64,000 bases of DNA from the NCBI GenBank assembly GCA_047495785.1, contig JBLDXI010000010.1:806001-870000 (forward strand). The letters are read 5' to 3'. Shown here one piece after another: positions 37,326 to 49,940 of this stretch. Both the position numbers and the translations under genes were made by a program. Position 1 is the stretch's first letter. Each line of letters opens with the position of its first letter. The DNA is from Lepidodermella squamata. Taxonomy: Eukaryota; Animalia; Gastrotricha. The notes under the pieces were generated by a model. It was not told the origin of the DNA. It searched no databases and saw only the letters and a list, made by a program, of their open reading frames with translations.

Positions 37326-39984
37326 ATGTTCTTGTATCTGATCCTTCTAATGCTCATCCAAAGCATTTCTCCTCAAAAACTCGCATTCAGAAGCCCGATG
37401 CCAAGCTCGATAGTTCAATCAGCTGAATCAAACAGATCGATGGCTGAGAGACGAATTCCTTTAACTTTAACAACATCAATCAACTACAGCGGCGGAGTAA
37501 CGACAGCCCTAGGGCCGCTTTGCACGGAATCCATGCGATTTGCACTGGAAAAAATTCGAAGTTCAAATCGGCTGCTGAAAAACTATAACTTGAAGTTGAC
37601 GCTGTTTGACGATCAGGTAAAAGAGGCACAGCTTAGATGAAATGCTTATTTAAATCTCCTTTTCTTCAGTTGCAAACATTTCCAGCAATTCGTTATGTAA
37701 CGAGCAAATTGCGGGAACTAGAAACTGACAGCAATGCTACAGAGAACGTCATGCCGCTAGTATTGGGAAACAATGGAAAGCTGTACACTGGGCAATACCT
37801 GCAGCACTTCAACTTCTTCACGATCAACCACGGGCAAACAGTACACGTTTCTCGAATTTTGCATATCAACAGAGACTCGCTTCCATCTTCGATCCACTTG
37901 TTCATTCCTCACGAATACGTTTACCCATCGGTTGCAGAATTTATACTGAAGATGAATTGGCGAAAGTTGGCCATTCTATCGACTGATAACATCTATTGGA
38001 ACAGGGTAATTGAAATTCGAAAATTATTCGCTAAAATACTTAGTCATCATTCTAATTTCAGTGGGATCTGGCTTTGATCAGAGAGATGTTTGCGAGAAAC
38101 ATCACCATTCTTGCTAACGTTCGAATAACGATAGCCCTTGGAGCCACTATTCCATCTTCGAATGATATAGAAAATACAGTTCTTGAGTTGATCGCATTCA
38201 AAGAAGCAAGAATCTTTGTGATTCATGTGTCTGTTGCCGTTGAAACGTCCTGTTTTCTATACAAATACGGCCTGTACGGACCAGGGTACGTTTTCCTAAT
38301 GTCGGCATTAGGAATATTTAATATAGATTCACCAATACCGTATTCGTGGTGCACGAGTGAGATGATAGCGGCTGTTCTTGAGAGCGTTCTGTTTTTCGGG
38401 CAAATGCCGCTTAGCGAAATTCGAGGCCCTGAAAATGTCAGAGCTTCGGATGGAACGAGTGGTGTCGAGCTGGATGCGTATCTACGAAGTAGAATCGAAG
38501 CCCCGGAAAATATCCCGTCCTGGTGGCTACGCACTACTTGCTACGATATGCTGTTGTTCACGGCCTATGTCCTCAACGATACTGAGTCAAAGCTTCAACG
38601 GCAAAACCAATCTTTGAGCGATTGGGCAGTCGGCGGGGAGAATTTTCAAAGCAATGGGTCTTACTTATTCTCCCTGGTGAAGGAGAGCATTTTCACCGTC
38701 GAGATGCAGGGCTTTATTAGTAAGCTGAAGTTTGACCTGGCGACTGGCTTCAACTGGGCTGGCAACTACTACTTGGCTATAACTCAGCTCCAAAGAAGTA
38801 ATGGAACATCGCAGACAAATTCTTCCAGGATGGTTCCAGTATTCGGCGCGTTGATGAATGCGAGCGATGGCTCTGTGAAATTCGGTCCTGGTAAACTCCT
38901 CTGGAAAACATCTGACGGCCAGGCCCCTCGCGACGAAATGCTGCTAGTAGACGTCAAGTGGGAATATCCCGTCTTGGCTTTTTCATTCCTTGCTGGTGAG
39001 TTACCTTCCTAATGCCAATTAACGTACTAATCAGGTAATCTTTCAGCAATTTCGACATTGCTGCTGGTTGCAGCTCTGCTTCTCTTGGTCCTATCGCTTC
39101 TTGGCAAAATACGATTTGCTGGTGAAATCCATCAGTGGGACTATCGGCTGCTTCTTGGTGGGGACATATTTCTGGCTTCCCAGCCGTTGATTATGGGGCT
39201 TCAAAATGATAGCGCAGTTCATGTTCGTTGCATGGCGTCTTACTACTTTCTCATCATTGGAGTTGCCATAATTTTGGCACAACATGCTGCGAAGCTCTGG
39301 TCCAACTACGTATCGTTCAAGAAACCTGTGACGATTCAAAGTTTGAATTCGAGAGCTGTATCATCATTCAAGTCGCCTGTCGCAAGATCGAAAAGGAAGG
39401 CGAGAGCAGCTGTGGCTACCGAATTGCTATCTGTACATGTTGAGAAGACCCCGAACAAAACAATGGGGGTCTTCATTCTTGCGTATGCTTTCTCGAATTT
39501 CGCGCTCATGTTGATTTGGTATACAGTTGAACCCCTGATTACTGCTAAACACATTGTTAGCTTCGAACTGTCGAAGAGTGACATCAGTTTAGCCTACAGC
39601 TTTTATGATTATGAATGCACGCTGGGAAATTTCCCCTTGGCGGGTAATTTCCAATACCACAACTTGATGTTGCTCTTCATTGGAATTCCGAACATTTTAC
39701 TTATGCTGACAGCATTAGCTCTATCCCTTATGCTTCAGAATGTGAGTTCTTTACATTGTTTGTTATTGAAATATAGCTTTCTGATTTCCAATTAGTCTGG
39801 AGCTTCCCTCTTGCGCCAATCAACTAATCGAACGATAATAATCATTATCGCAGCATTCGCCATAGGGCTGATATTTGCGAATAATGGAAGGAGTCTACAG
39901 ATACTCGTATCCGCATCCTGCTTGGGTGTTGCAGCCTGCAATTTGTTGACTCAGTTCGCATATAATACGAAACTTCACTTCTAA
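37326..39984 (+). CDS. Class C GPCR, GABA-B-like (copy 6, intact); exons 37326-37616, 37670-38005, 38062-38995, 39047-39741, 39796-39984
   Basis: In-frame GT-AG junctions, same architecture as copy 1. Confidence 0.85.
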
Positions 39985-40739
39985 AACTGCACGCAGCTTC
40001 ATCCGGTTAAAATTAACATTAAGAATTCATGATAAATAATATATTAATAGAAATTAATGAATCGTTGAGGTAGTTTCTTAGAAATGAGAGAATACAACGG
40101 TTTCTCATAGACCCTGGGCTTATTTTTTGCCGTTTTATTATTTATTGAACCAGTTCGAGCCAGAAACGAGGGAATTTCACGGAATCCATAGTGGTAGTTT
40201 CTCGATATTCTCAACATTGAGCTGGACGGCTGTTCGACTTTTGCAATTGTCAGGGAGGAGCTGTGTGTATTATCGCCATTGAGGCTGCTCGATTTTCACG
40301 AAATCTGATGCGAATGCTACTGGATTTGTCGAAATAGGGGCCGCTGCTCGATCCTCGAGCTGTACAAGTTTGCCACGAGCGCAATTGATTTTGAATTATA
40401 AAGCTGCCTATGCGACCTATTCGTTAGCCTCCAAGTGTCGAAAGTGAGGACTCGGAATGATCGAAGAAACGGTGCCTTCTAAAGTTCCAAGTAAGAAATA
40501 TCCCAAATAAATGACCAGGAATTGGGAAAGCTCGAATTATCGATCAAATGATCGGCTTGCGCCGGCGTTTTACCGATAAACAATAGTTTAACGTGATCGT
40601 AGAGACCGCCTTAATTGAGTCGTATAGTTCGTACAGTTCTTCGTGGCCGCGCCAGACGTAAGAGATACTACGACAAGATTTGTTTACAAGGAGCCAGTCA
40701 CGTTTCTTTACAATTTGAAATAATGCAGAATTCAGAAAA

Positions 40740-40941
40740 TTAACCCTTTCATGGCCGAATTATTTATCTCCGATAGAAAAAATACTTAACAACATTTCTA
40801 GGGGTTTTATGGGTCCCTGATCATGATTTTGAAACCCGTTTGTCTCTATCCATCACCGTTAAGGCTGTGTAAAACGTGGTCAAAATCGCCCAATCGGCCC
40901 AGCTGCTTTCAGCACATTTTTCAAACACCATAGTTACAGCA
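40740..40941 (+). mobile_element. Left end of a piggyBac-like non-autonomous element (second copy at 43335-~43537)
   Basis: TTAA|CCCTTTCATGGCCGAATTATTTATCTCCG begins a ~200-bp sequence repeated at 43335. Matching right ends were not found. Confidence 0.5.
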
Positions 40942-40949
40942 TCAGACCG

Positions 40950-41399
40950 CAGTGACTTTGATTTGATTTGATTTGATTTCTTCAGTAAATCAATCATTTC
41001 AAATCAAATACCCCAAAAATCGATAGTAAATCAATCAAATCAAATCATCAGGCCCGTTTAAATCAAATCAAATCAAATCCTTCGCATGGGGAAACATGAG
41101 TATCATGGTAAATTTCTTGGGATGCTTTCAAATTTCAAGCTTGGTTTTGGCAGAATGAGTGTGAAAGGGTATGAATAGCTCGAGGCTTTGGAAAACGGCT
41201 GTTTTCAAGGCAAATGTGAGTTCTCATGTTTAGCAACAGGGGAAATTCCGAGAGTGCTGATTTTTCTAAATCAGCAGTAAATCAAGTGGGCTAAATTTAA
41301 ATCCAATCAAATCATCCTGAAATTTTCTAAATAAAATCATCAAAAAATCAAATCATCAAAAAATGGCCTAAATCAAATCAAATCAAATCAAAGTCTCTG
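40950..41399. mobile_element. hAT-type MITE with (GATTT)n/(AAATC)n subtermini and 8-bp TSD
   Basis: TCAGACCG|CAGTGACTTTGATTTG ... CAAATCAAAGTCTCTG|TCAGACCG. Confidence 0.85.
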
Positions 41400-41834
41400 T
41401 CAGACCGGAAACCTCTGATCAAGCCCTACATTTCGATCCTTGGAGCGAGCTTGGACGATGTTTTCGGATTATCTCGGATTATCGGATGGGGTTTCATTAC
41501 ATCCGAACTCGGATGCAGCACTGGACTCAATTTTTGGAGCGCCTCAGACCGAAATGCGAATATAAGCTCATATACCCTTCATGTCTTCCGTAAATTATAT
41601 TATAGAAAAAATAGAAGTTACCGTTTGCAATTATTTGAATTCGAAAATATTTATTTTCCATAACAAAGGCGAAAGGTGAAGAAACTATAAGTACGGAAAA
41701 GCGACCTTCTCTTGCAGCTGACGCAAGTAAGGTGTCGAAAAAGGAGTTCTGTCAGTTGCATAGCAGGTGTTGCATCGAAGAAAGTCGAAATTAGAGAAAT
41801 AAAACACTAGATGGAACTAAAAGGCAAGATTTGC

Positions 41835-42644
41835 TTATGCAGAGGCGGCGGTGGTGGACCTCTCGTTGCAACGAGCCTTGGGGGCAGCAGAGCCAGAGCC
41901 AGATTGCTGCTGCTGGCGAGACTTGGGGGCAGCGGAGCCAGAACCAGATTGCTGCTGCTGGCGAGACTTGGGGGCAGCGGAGCCAGAACCAGATTGCTGA
42001 CGGGCAGCGGCGGCCTTCTGGGTGGTGGACCTCTTGTTGCAACGAGCCTTTGCAGGGGCAGCAGATCCCGAACCAGATTGCTGATGCTGGCGAGACTTGG
42101 GGGCAGCGGAGCCAGAACCAGATTGCTGCTGCTGGCGAGACTTGGGTGCAGCGGAGCCAGAACCAGATTGCTGACGGGCAGCGGCGGCCTTCTGGGTGGT
42201 GGACCTCTTGTTGCAACGAGCCTTTGCAGGGGCAGCAGATCCCGAACCAGATTGCTGTTGCTGGCGAGACTTGGGGGTAGCGGAGCCAGAACCAGACTGC
42301 TGACGGGCAGCGGCGGCCTTCTGGGTGGTGGACCTCTTGTTGCAACGAGTTTTGGGGGCAGCAGATCCAGAACCAGACTGCTGCTGCTGACGAGACTGGG
42401 CAACTCCCGAACCAGACTGTTGCTGACGGGCTTCCGCTTCTTCTTCAGATTCCTCTTCCTCGGATGATTCCTCGGAGTCGGAGTGCTCAGCAGAGTGCTC
42501 ATGGGATTGAGATCCATGGGGAGGAGGAGGAGGGCCGTGGGGGTTGCGGGCAACGGGGCCAGAGCCAGAGGCCGCAGGAGGACCCTGAGGGGCGGCCAAG
42601 ACGGCGGCAAAGAGAGCAGCGACCAAAGCAATGCGGACGAACAT
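41835..42644 (-). CDS. Secreted low-complexity repeat protein (RQQQQSGSGSAAPKS and RCNKRSTTQKAAAA repeats), single exon
   Basis: Signal peptide MFVRIALVAALFAAVLA, upstream TATA box, and in-frame repeat units. The alternative frames lack a comparable start. Confidence 0.75.
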   Translation of the reverse strand: MFVRIALVAALFAAVLAAPQGPPAASGSGPVARNPHGPPPPPHGSQSHEHSAEHSDSEESSEEEESEEEAEARQQQSGSGVAQSRQQQQSGSGSAAPKTRCNKRSTTQKAAAARQQSGSGSATPKSRQQQQSGSGSAAPAKARCNKRSTTQKAAAARQQSGSGSAAPKSRQQQQSGSGSAAPKSRQHQQSGSGSAAPAKARCNKRSTTQKAAAARQQSGSGSAAPKSRQQQQSGSGSAAPKSRQQQQSGSGSAAPKARCNERSTTAASA

Positions 42645-42724
42645 CTTTAGTATTTAGTTCTTTACTAAACTGTATAAATTAGTAGTAGAAGGATAGTTGT
42701 GATTACAGCTCTGAATTTCGCCTG

Positions 42725-42732
42725 CTTTTATA
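42725..42732 (-). promoter_or_regulatory. TATA box (TATAAAAG) of the repeat-protein gene
   Basis: Consensus TATAAAAG ~80 nt upstream of the ATG at 42644. Confidence 0.55.
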
Positions 42733-43334
42733 GCAAAATCCTTACGTGGGATGATCGTTTCAGCTGCCATCCCCCGTACTCGCGTGGTCGTACGTCGTAC
42801 CGCCAGGAAAATGAACGGAGTCTGTGCCGGTGTCAAGATTTCTCAACGACAACTGACAGCTGATATATCTTACTTATCAGATGGACATATATGCACAGGA
42901 TTCACGTGCACATCCGCAGTCGGGAAGCATTGTTACGCCAAAATTGCGTCTCAAGACAAATCTGAATATCAGGACTTGCTGTTCCTGCAGCAAAACCGGC
43001 TCATTTTTCGCCTTCTGTACTCATTTACCAAACTATCCTCGAATATAAAAATTTAGCCTGTAAGACCTATTCCTGCAGTCTGCTCTATTGTTAGATTATA
43101 TCTTGCGACGCAATTTCGGCATTACTATGAGTGTACTGAAGCTGCGTCAGTTCCGAATTCCTCTTTTCTACTATGTAATATCTTTTGGGGACACGCCGCG
43201 AGAAACATGAGTATGACTTAAGAGGTATGCTAAAGTTATCAAAATATTACAAAGATAACTTTGTATTACATACAAAGTTATCATTGCTTGAATAAACTAC
43301 AAAGTATTCCGCATTGAGCTACAGTATAAACCAA

Positions 43335-43950
43335 TTAACCCTTTCATGGCCGAATTATTTATCTCCGGTAGAAGAAATATTTTACATCATTTCTATTAGG
43401 GGTTTTAGGGGTCCCTGATCACGATTTTGAAACCCGTTTGTCTCTATCCATCGTTAAGGCTGTACAAAAAGTGGTCGAAATCGCCCTATCGGCCCAGCTG
43501 ATTTCAGCATATTTTTAAAACACCATAGTTTCAGCATAAGATCGTTGGCGTCTTTGAATAACTCGGATTTAGGCTTGTTTACATCCGTTTCAAATTGAAA
43601 AGTGACAAGTAAAAAATCCTTGTTTTTGCCTCTTCGTTTACGTTAAAACGCCGCTTTTTACTTGTCGCCGTTGACCTTGAAAAGGATGCAAACAAGCCTA
43701 AATCCGAGTTATTCAACGACGCCAACGAGGTGCTCTCAACATTGAATTTTCATGTTCTAAGCCTCTCCCGTAACAGTCCCTGAAAATCGAAAATCTCCCT
43801 TTATTATTTTGAGGAAAAAAATCAGTTAAAACCAGTTTTCAAAAATCAGCATTTTGATCAGTATTCAGCCAAGTCAGCTTTTTCACAAGCGACAGTTTTT
43901 AAGCTGAAGAATCACGCCTGTATAGCGTCTGGGCCGATAGGGCGATTTCG
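43335..43950. mobile_element. piggyBac-like element copy 2 containing a ~187-bp near-palindrome (43542-43728)
   Basis: TTAA|CCCTTT start. TCGTTGGCGTC..GAATAACTCGGATTTAGGCTTGTTT pairs with AAACAAGCCTAAATCCGAGTTATTC..GACGCCAACGA. TGGTCGAAATCGCCCTATCGGCCCAG near 43472 pairs with its reverse complement near 43929. Confidence 0.55.
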
Positions 43951-45312
43951 ACCAGTTAACTAAATTCAAGGCAGCGCCCTTAGTTTTTGTCGTAAACTGA
44001 TGGAAATTTACAAGTCAATAAGACTATGCCGAACACTGTAGTATTTTTTGTTTGACCGGATAGTGAAATTGGGATAATGAAAGGTTACCTCGGTTAATTT
44101 CACTCCTCGGTACAAAGTTTTAAATGGCTGTAATTTCAAAACGGTGTGATATAGCGGTCTGATTGTTTCAAATTCTTGTAGCCAACATCGAAAAGTAATA
44201 TTTTGCTCAAAAGGGCGATCAGCGATCACAAATTCATCAAATTGCAATTTTGGTGCGTTGTAAAGTCAAATTTCCGAAATTCCGCCGGGGGAACCTTTGA
44301 GATTGAAAAAAACAATAATGGTTAATTGTAGTTCGACCTGAACACTACTGGGTAGGACCTGAACCGAGCATGCTGTAATCTTTATGCATGCCACGATTAC
44401 GATCCGAACTTTTCCATGTCTGCACGCAACGGCAGCACTTGATGAACAAAGTGTTTCTACTTCTAGACGAAGTCGAAATCGACAGCGTGGCGTTGCGTTT
44501 GAAAGGCTCGAATGATCGGCTGAACGAGAGCTATCAGATGAATGAAAAATGACAGTTTATTAGCTGATTCCCATTAATAGAAATAGTCACTTGGTGGCGA
44601 TAATATTGAAGAAACACCTTAAGAATATAATCAAGGGCTAAATGACCACGACAGTATCATGTTTATACCACCTTCATAATTGGATAGATCATGTCGAGAG
44701 GAGTATAGCGATATAAATTGTCGGCCAAATTCGACTTTTATGATATGTTGAAGCAATAATAAACAAATAGCGGCCCCTTTCAAACGCAACGCGACGGCAA
44801 CAAGGCGCACGAGGCATCAACGCAGCAAAATATTCGGGCGCCGCACAGTGCCAAAGAACATGATTGAAGGCTGTCCACGAGGGTTTTTCAAGCTAGCTTC
44901 TCGTCGAGAAAGAGAGCGAAACTTCCGCCAAAGATAAGCCTCGTCAGCGATCAGATCGATTTCGGTCTAATCCCTCGATTGATCATCTGCTTACACGTCC
45001 TGGGTGTACCAAGGATGCTGGGTATGAACGGAGGAGATCACTGGATCACATTATTTACAAAAGAGGTTGCAACCCTTGCACTACCGATCTGTACCCTATA
45101 TACTATATACCATAGTTCTACGGTACGACTACGCTAGGGTAAAGCACTACGGTACGGTGGTTTTTCAGCACGGTACCGTAGTTTTCACTTAAAAAACTTT
45201 CTTCTAGAGAAATAAGTTTCCAGAATCTGTCTTGCATGAAACTAACGTTCCAAAAAACTAACGCGTAAAAACGATTCATGGGACACTTTCAAAAAACCAG
45301 CATGTCCGAAAC

Positions 45313-45394
45313 GGCACGATAGCTCAGTGGATAAGGTGCCTTCGTAATAAGACATAGTGATTAAGAATTGAGGGTCGACTCTCATCAGCTACCA
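45313..45394 (+). mobile_element. Degenerate tRNA-like sequence (SINE head or tRNA pseudogene)
   Basis: A-box TAGCTCAGTGG, B-box-like GGGTCGACTC, ends in CCA; stems do not pair properly. Confidence 0.45.
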
Positions 45395-46097
45395 TATCTT
45401 TTTCCCACCTACGGTAACGTACTGAACGGCAATGTGACCATGTTCACTGCGGCTGAACAACGGCAGAACGAAAAAATATAAGCGAGTCACAGTATCGGCT
45501 CGCTAGGATGAATCAATAAATGGACATTGTAGATCTGGGAACATTGGGCGCACATTTCACAACACGCCACAGGCCGCGTGTTCAAGCTCTGGAAGAAATT
45601 TGATAGAAATTATCCGGCAAATTGAATGCGTCTTTTATAGGACAAAGACTCACATGACTAATGTGGTCGATGCAGCACTTTGTTGATTTCCTGAGTTACT
45701 CAACCTGGACCCAACTTTTAAAGCAGGCCTTTTGAGTGGAGTCGGGGTACTTTCTTGTTTCAGGTTTCAGCATGATTTTTGACACACAAACAGACAAGTT
45801 GAAAAAATTATTAAATTAGAAGACTTTAGCACATGATCATGGGAAAATTAAAACAATTGAGACAAAGGACAGAAACTTTCGACAGAAGTTTATTATTTGC
45901 TGGTAATATTACTCCTCTCCACCTCTCCAGCAATCAGCTACCCCGACATCTATAACATACCTAATTTCCGCCAGATCAGGACTGTCTGTTCTTTACTGCT
46001 ATTAACTTCTCCTCCGCTTCTCCGCAATCCGCGATTGGTCCGCATTGAGAACCTGATTTCTGATCATACAATGATTTTATCTCTTAAATGCAAGGCA

Positions 46098-49000
46098 ATG
46101 GCAACCCGCTTGTATCTAATACTTATAACGCTTATCCAATGCATTTCTACCCAGAAAGTCGCATTCAGAAGCCCGATGCCAAGTTTGATAATGCAGTCAG
46201 CTGATTCAAACAGATCGATAAGGATTGAAGGACGAATGCCTCTTACCCTTACTACGTCGATCAACTACAGCGGTGGAGTAACGGTATCCCTGGGTCCACT
46301 TTGCACGGAATCAATGCGATTTGCGTTGCAGAATATTCAAAAGTCGAATCTACTGCTGAAAAACTATGATTTGAGGTTGAACATTTTCGATGATCAGGTA
46401 AGAGTACTCGCCTATGAGAAATGTGCCTTAATATTCCTAATTACGAGTACTGAACCAGACCAGAGCTCTTAAAGTAGGACCGGGATAGATTTATCACCGG
46501 GATCTATAACCTCGGGCACCGCATTAACTACATAGACATGTTAGGCTTAGTGGATAATTGATTCTTGAACATTTTTACTGCAAATAATTTGAAAAATTCT
46601 GTGTCCTAAACGGACTCGTTGAAAGGCGAACAATTTCACAAATACTTTTTCTATGGGGATAATTTCTGGAAATTAAGGGCTTTTCCTGGTGAAAAACAAT
46701 TAGGTAAACAAGAGAACATAATCAGTCCATTGTGCTTGAGCTAAATAGCTAATCGCTGAACCATTTGTGGTTATTTCCTCAGTCGCTAACATACCGTGCT
46801 ATCCAATATATAACGAACAAACTACGTGAACAAGAAACTGACAGCAACGCCACATATAACGTCATGCCGCTAGTATTGGGAAACAATGGAAAGCTTTATA
46901 CTGGGCAATACCTACAGTACTTCAACTTCTTTACGATCAACCACGGGCAAACAGTTCACGTGTCCCGAATTTTGCATATCGACAGAGACTCGCTTCCTTC
47001 TTCGATTCACTTGTTCGTTCCCCACGAATATGTCTACCCGTCGGTTGCAGAATTTATACTGAAGATGAATTGGCGAAAGTTGGCGATTCTATCGACCGAT
47101 AACATCTATTGGAACAGGGTAATCGAATTAGAAAATCGTTTTCCCTTCAATTTTTCTTTTAATTTAGTGGGATTTGGCTTTGATCAAAGAAATGTTTACG
47201 AGGAACATCACCATTATTGGAAACGTTCGGATAACTATAGCACTGGGGGCCACGAACCCAACTTTCACTGATATCGAAAATACAGTACTTGAATTATTGG
47301 CTTTCAAAGAAGCCAGGATCTTTGTGATTCACGTATCTGTTGCCGTCGAAACGTCCTGTTTTCTATATAAATTTGGCCTTTACGGACCAGGTTACGTTTT
47401 CCTATTGCCGGCCTTGGGAATTTTCAACGTAGAATCCCCAATACCATACCCATGGTGCACGACTGCCATGATAGCAGCGGTTTTAGAGAGTGTCCTCTTT
47501 TTCGGGCAAATGCCTCTCAGTGAAATTCGAGGCCCAGAAAATGTGAGAGCTTCGGACGGGACAACCGGCAGTGAACTGGATGCGTATCTGCGCAGTAGAA
47601 TCGAATCCCCAGAAAATATCCCATCCTGGTGGCTACGTACGACATGCTACGATATGATGTTGTTCACGGCTTACGTGCTCAACGATACTGAATCTAAACT
47701 TCAACGGCAAAACCAAACGTTGAGTGACTGGACAGTAGGCGGGGAGAATTTTCGGAAAAACGGGTCTTACTTATTCTCCCTGGTAAAGGAGAGCATTTTC
47801 AACGTTGAGATGCAGGGCTTTATTAGTAAGCTAAAGTTCGATCCGGCGACTGGTTTCAACTGGGCTGGCAACTACTATCTGGCAATTACTCAACTTCAAA
47901 GAATTAAAGGTAATGGAACATCGCAGGCCAATTCGTCCTGGATGGTTCCCGTCTTCGGAGCATTAATGAACGCGAGCGATGGCTCTGTGAAATTTGGTCC
48001 CGGTAAACTTCTCTGGAATACACCTGATGGCCAGGCCCCTCGTGACGGAATGCTGGTAGTGAAAACCAAAAGGGAATACCCTGTCTTAGCTTTTTCGTTC
48101 CTTGGAGGTAAGTTTCCTTGCCTATTTAACGGCAATTTCTGTACTATTTGTAACTTCTTTAAGCAATTTCGGGAATGCTGCTGCTTTCAGCTCTAATTCT
48201 TTTGGCTCTGTCCTTTATGGGCAAGGTACGCTTTGCTGGTGAAATCGATCAGTGGGGCTATCGGTTGCTTCTTTTCGGAGATTTACTTTTGGCGAGTCAG
48301 CCGTTGATCATGGGACTCCAAAATGATGATGCAGTTCATGTTCGTTGCATGGTGTCTTACTACGTCCTAATTATCGGAGTTTCTATAATCTTGGCTCAGC
48401 ATGTTGCAAAACTCAGGTTCAGCTTCGTATCGTTTAAGAAACCTGTAACGATGCAAAGTTTGTATTCAAGAGCTGTGTCATTCAAGTCTCCTGTTCCAAG
48501 AAAAAGGGCAAAGGCGAAATCCTTTCAAATACTACCAAACGTTACTGCTGAATCACAACCCGGACTGCATGAGAAAATTGCACACAAACCAATGGGTGTC
48601 TGCATCCTTGCATCTGTGCTTATGAATTGTGCACTCACGTTGATTTGGTTCACGGTTGAACCTCTGATCACTGTGAAAAGCGTTATTAGCTTCGAGCTAT
48701 CAAAAACTGACATCAGTTTAGCATACAGCTTCTATGATTATGAATGCACGCTGGGAAATTATCCTTTGGTTGGTGATTTCCAATATCACAACTTGATGTT
48801 GCTCTTCATCGGAATTCCGAACATTATTCTAATGCTAACAGCGTTAGCTCTATCGCTAATGCTTCACAAGGTCAGTTCTTTCGACTACCGTCCTTAAATA
48901 TAGTTTCTTATTTTGGAATTAGACTGGAACTGCCCTCTTGCGCCAATCAACTAATCGAACAATAATTATCATCATAGCAGCATGTGCCATAGGGCTTATA

Positions 49001-49111
49001 TTTTCGAATAATGGAAGGAGCCTCCAGATACTGGTATCCGCCTCGTGCTTGGCCATAGCATCCTGTAATTTGCTTACTCAATTCGCATTTATTACAAAAT
49101 CTAACTTATAA
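46098..49111 (+). CDS. Class C GPCR, GABA-B-like (copy 7, intact); exons 46098-46397, 46783-47118, 47168-48107, 48164-48870, 48923-49111
   Basis: In-frame GT-AG junctions; intron 1 expanded to 385 nt. Confidence 0.85.
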
Positions 49112-49240
49112 GAATAGTCGTGAAACCTGATTTACCTATGATCTATATAATGTCTCAGAATTGTTTGCAACTTCATTTTGACCTGAAAACATTTCGACAA
49201 AGGTGCACTCATTTTGACGACTTTTTCGACGAGCCATATA

Positions 49241-49940
49241 GTGTACGGATTATAATTTTGTTGCCTCGAATTTTATTAATAACTCCGTAACCATGAGGAA
49301 TTTTTTGGAGCGGGTTTCACCAGTCGATAGATCTAGTCTGTTGTTGTCAGGGAAACATCAAGACTTGGCCAAGCACTACTCTATACTTTATTGTGAATGA
49401 ATCGAACATTGATCGTTGGATTTCAAGGCCTTGAATATTAGCGATACAAATCTAAGTCGAACACGCGATCATTTCCTAATTAGCTATCACATGAGAATCA
49501 ATATTGTTCTTAGTCATTGCATAGATGCCAGCCGCCACCCGGCACATCGTTACAGTTGTAAACTTTCCCGAAAACCTCGTTAGCTTGGGATAAAATGTGA
49601 GAAATTGCTGACGAAAATGCTTCTTGTGATTTTTAGTGAAAAAGTTCGTTCTGGAAAATTGCTATTTCCCAGTTTTTAGCGTTTTTTTGCCATTTTCCTG
49701 TAGTAAAGCTGAATTGGACCATATTCTTAGCAGGGAACTATGTCAAAACCGCCCAGTTAACCAAGATTTTATCTTTGGACCGGGCAGAAACGTTTCTCGT
49801 TAACGAAATGAGATCCAAATGGGTTTTGACATTTTTGAGGAACTGCACCAAATTTGCAAAGCTGCAAGTTTCGGGTTGTGCAATTGTGGATTATTGTGGA
49901 AATCGTAGACATGGATGAATAATGGACCACCTCTCCACTA
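49241..49940 (+). mobile_element. Diverged partial copy of the 9721-10469 MITE family, interrupted by a solo LTR
   Basis: AATAACTCCGTAACCATGAGGAATTTTTTGGAGCGGGTTTCACCAGTCGATAGATCTAGTCTG is shared with the element's left arm; similarity resumes after 49555. Confidence 0.8.
49345..49554. mobile_element. Solo LTR (210 bp, TG...CA, 5-bp TSD GTTGT)
   Basis: GTTGT|TGTCAG ... GTTACA|GTTGT. The uninterrupted site CTGTTGTAAAC is visible in the MITE copy at ~9818-9828. Confidence 0.8.

Noticed and set aside
41850-42430. Regular repeats superficially like a CRISPR array
   Set aside because: No unique spacers; these are coding tandem repeats in a eukaryotic gene.
41791-42631. Several long alternative-frame ORFs (Leu/Pro-rich, Cys/Trp-rich, antisense)
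   Set aside because: By-products of a GC-rich in-frame repeat; only the 41835..42644 frame has an ATG, signal peptide and TATA box.
45313-45394. Functional tRNA gene
   Set aside because: A/B boxes are present but the acceptor and anticodon stems do not pair; kept only as a SINE-like or pseudogene remnant.
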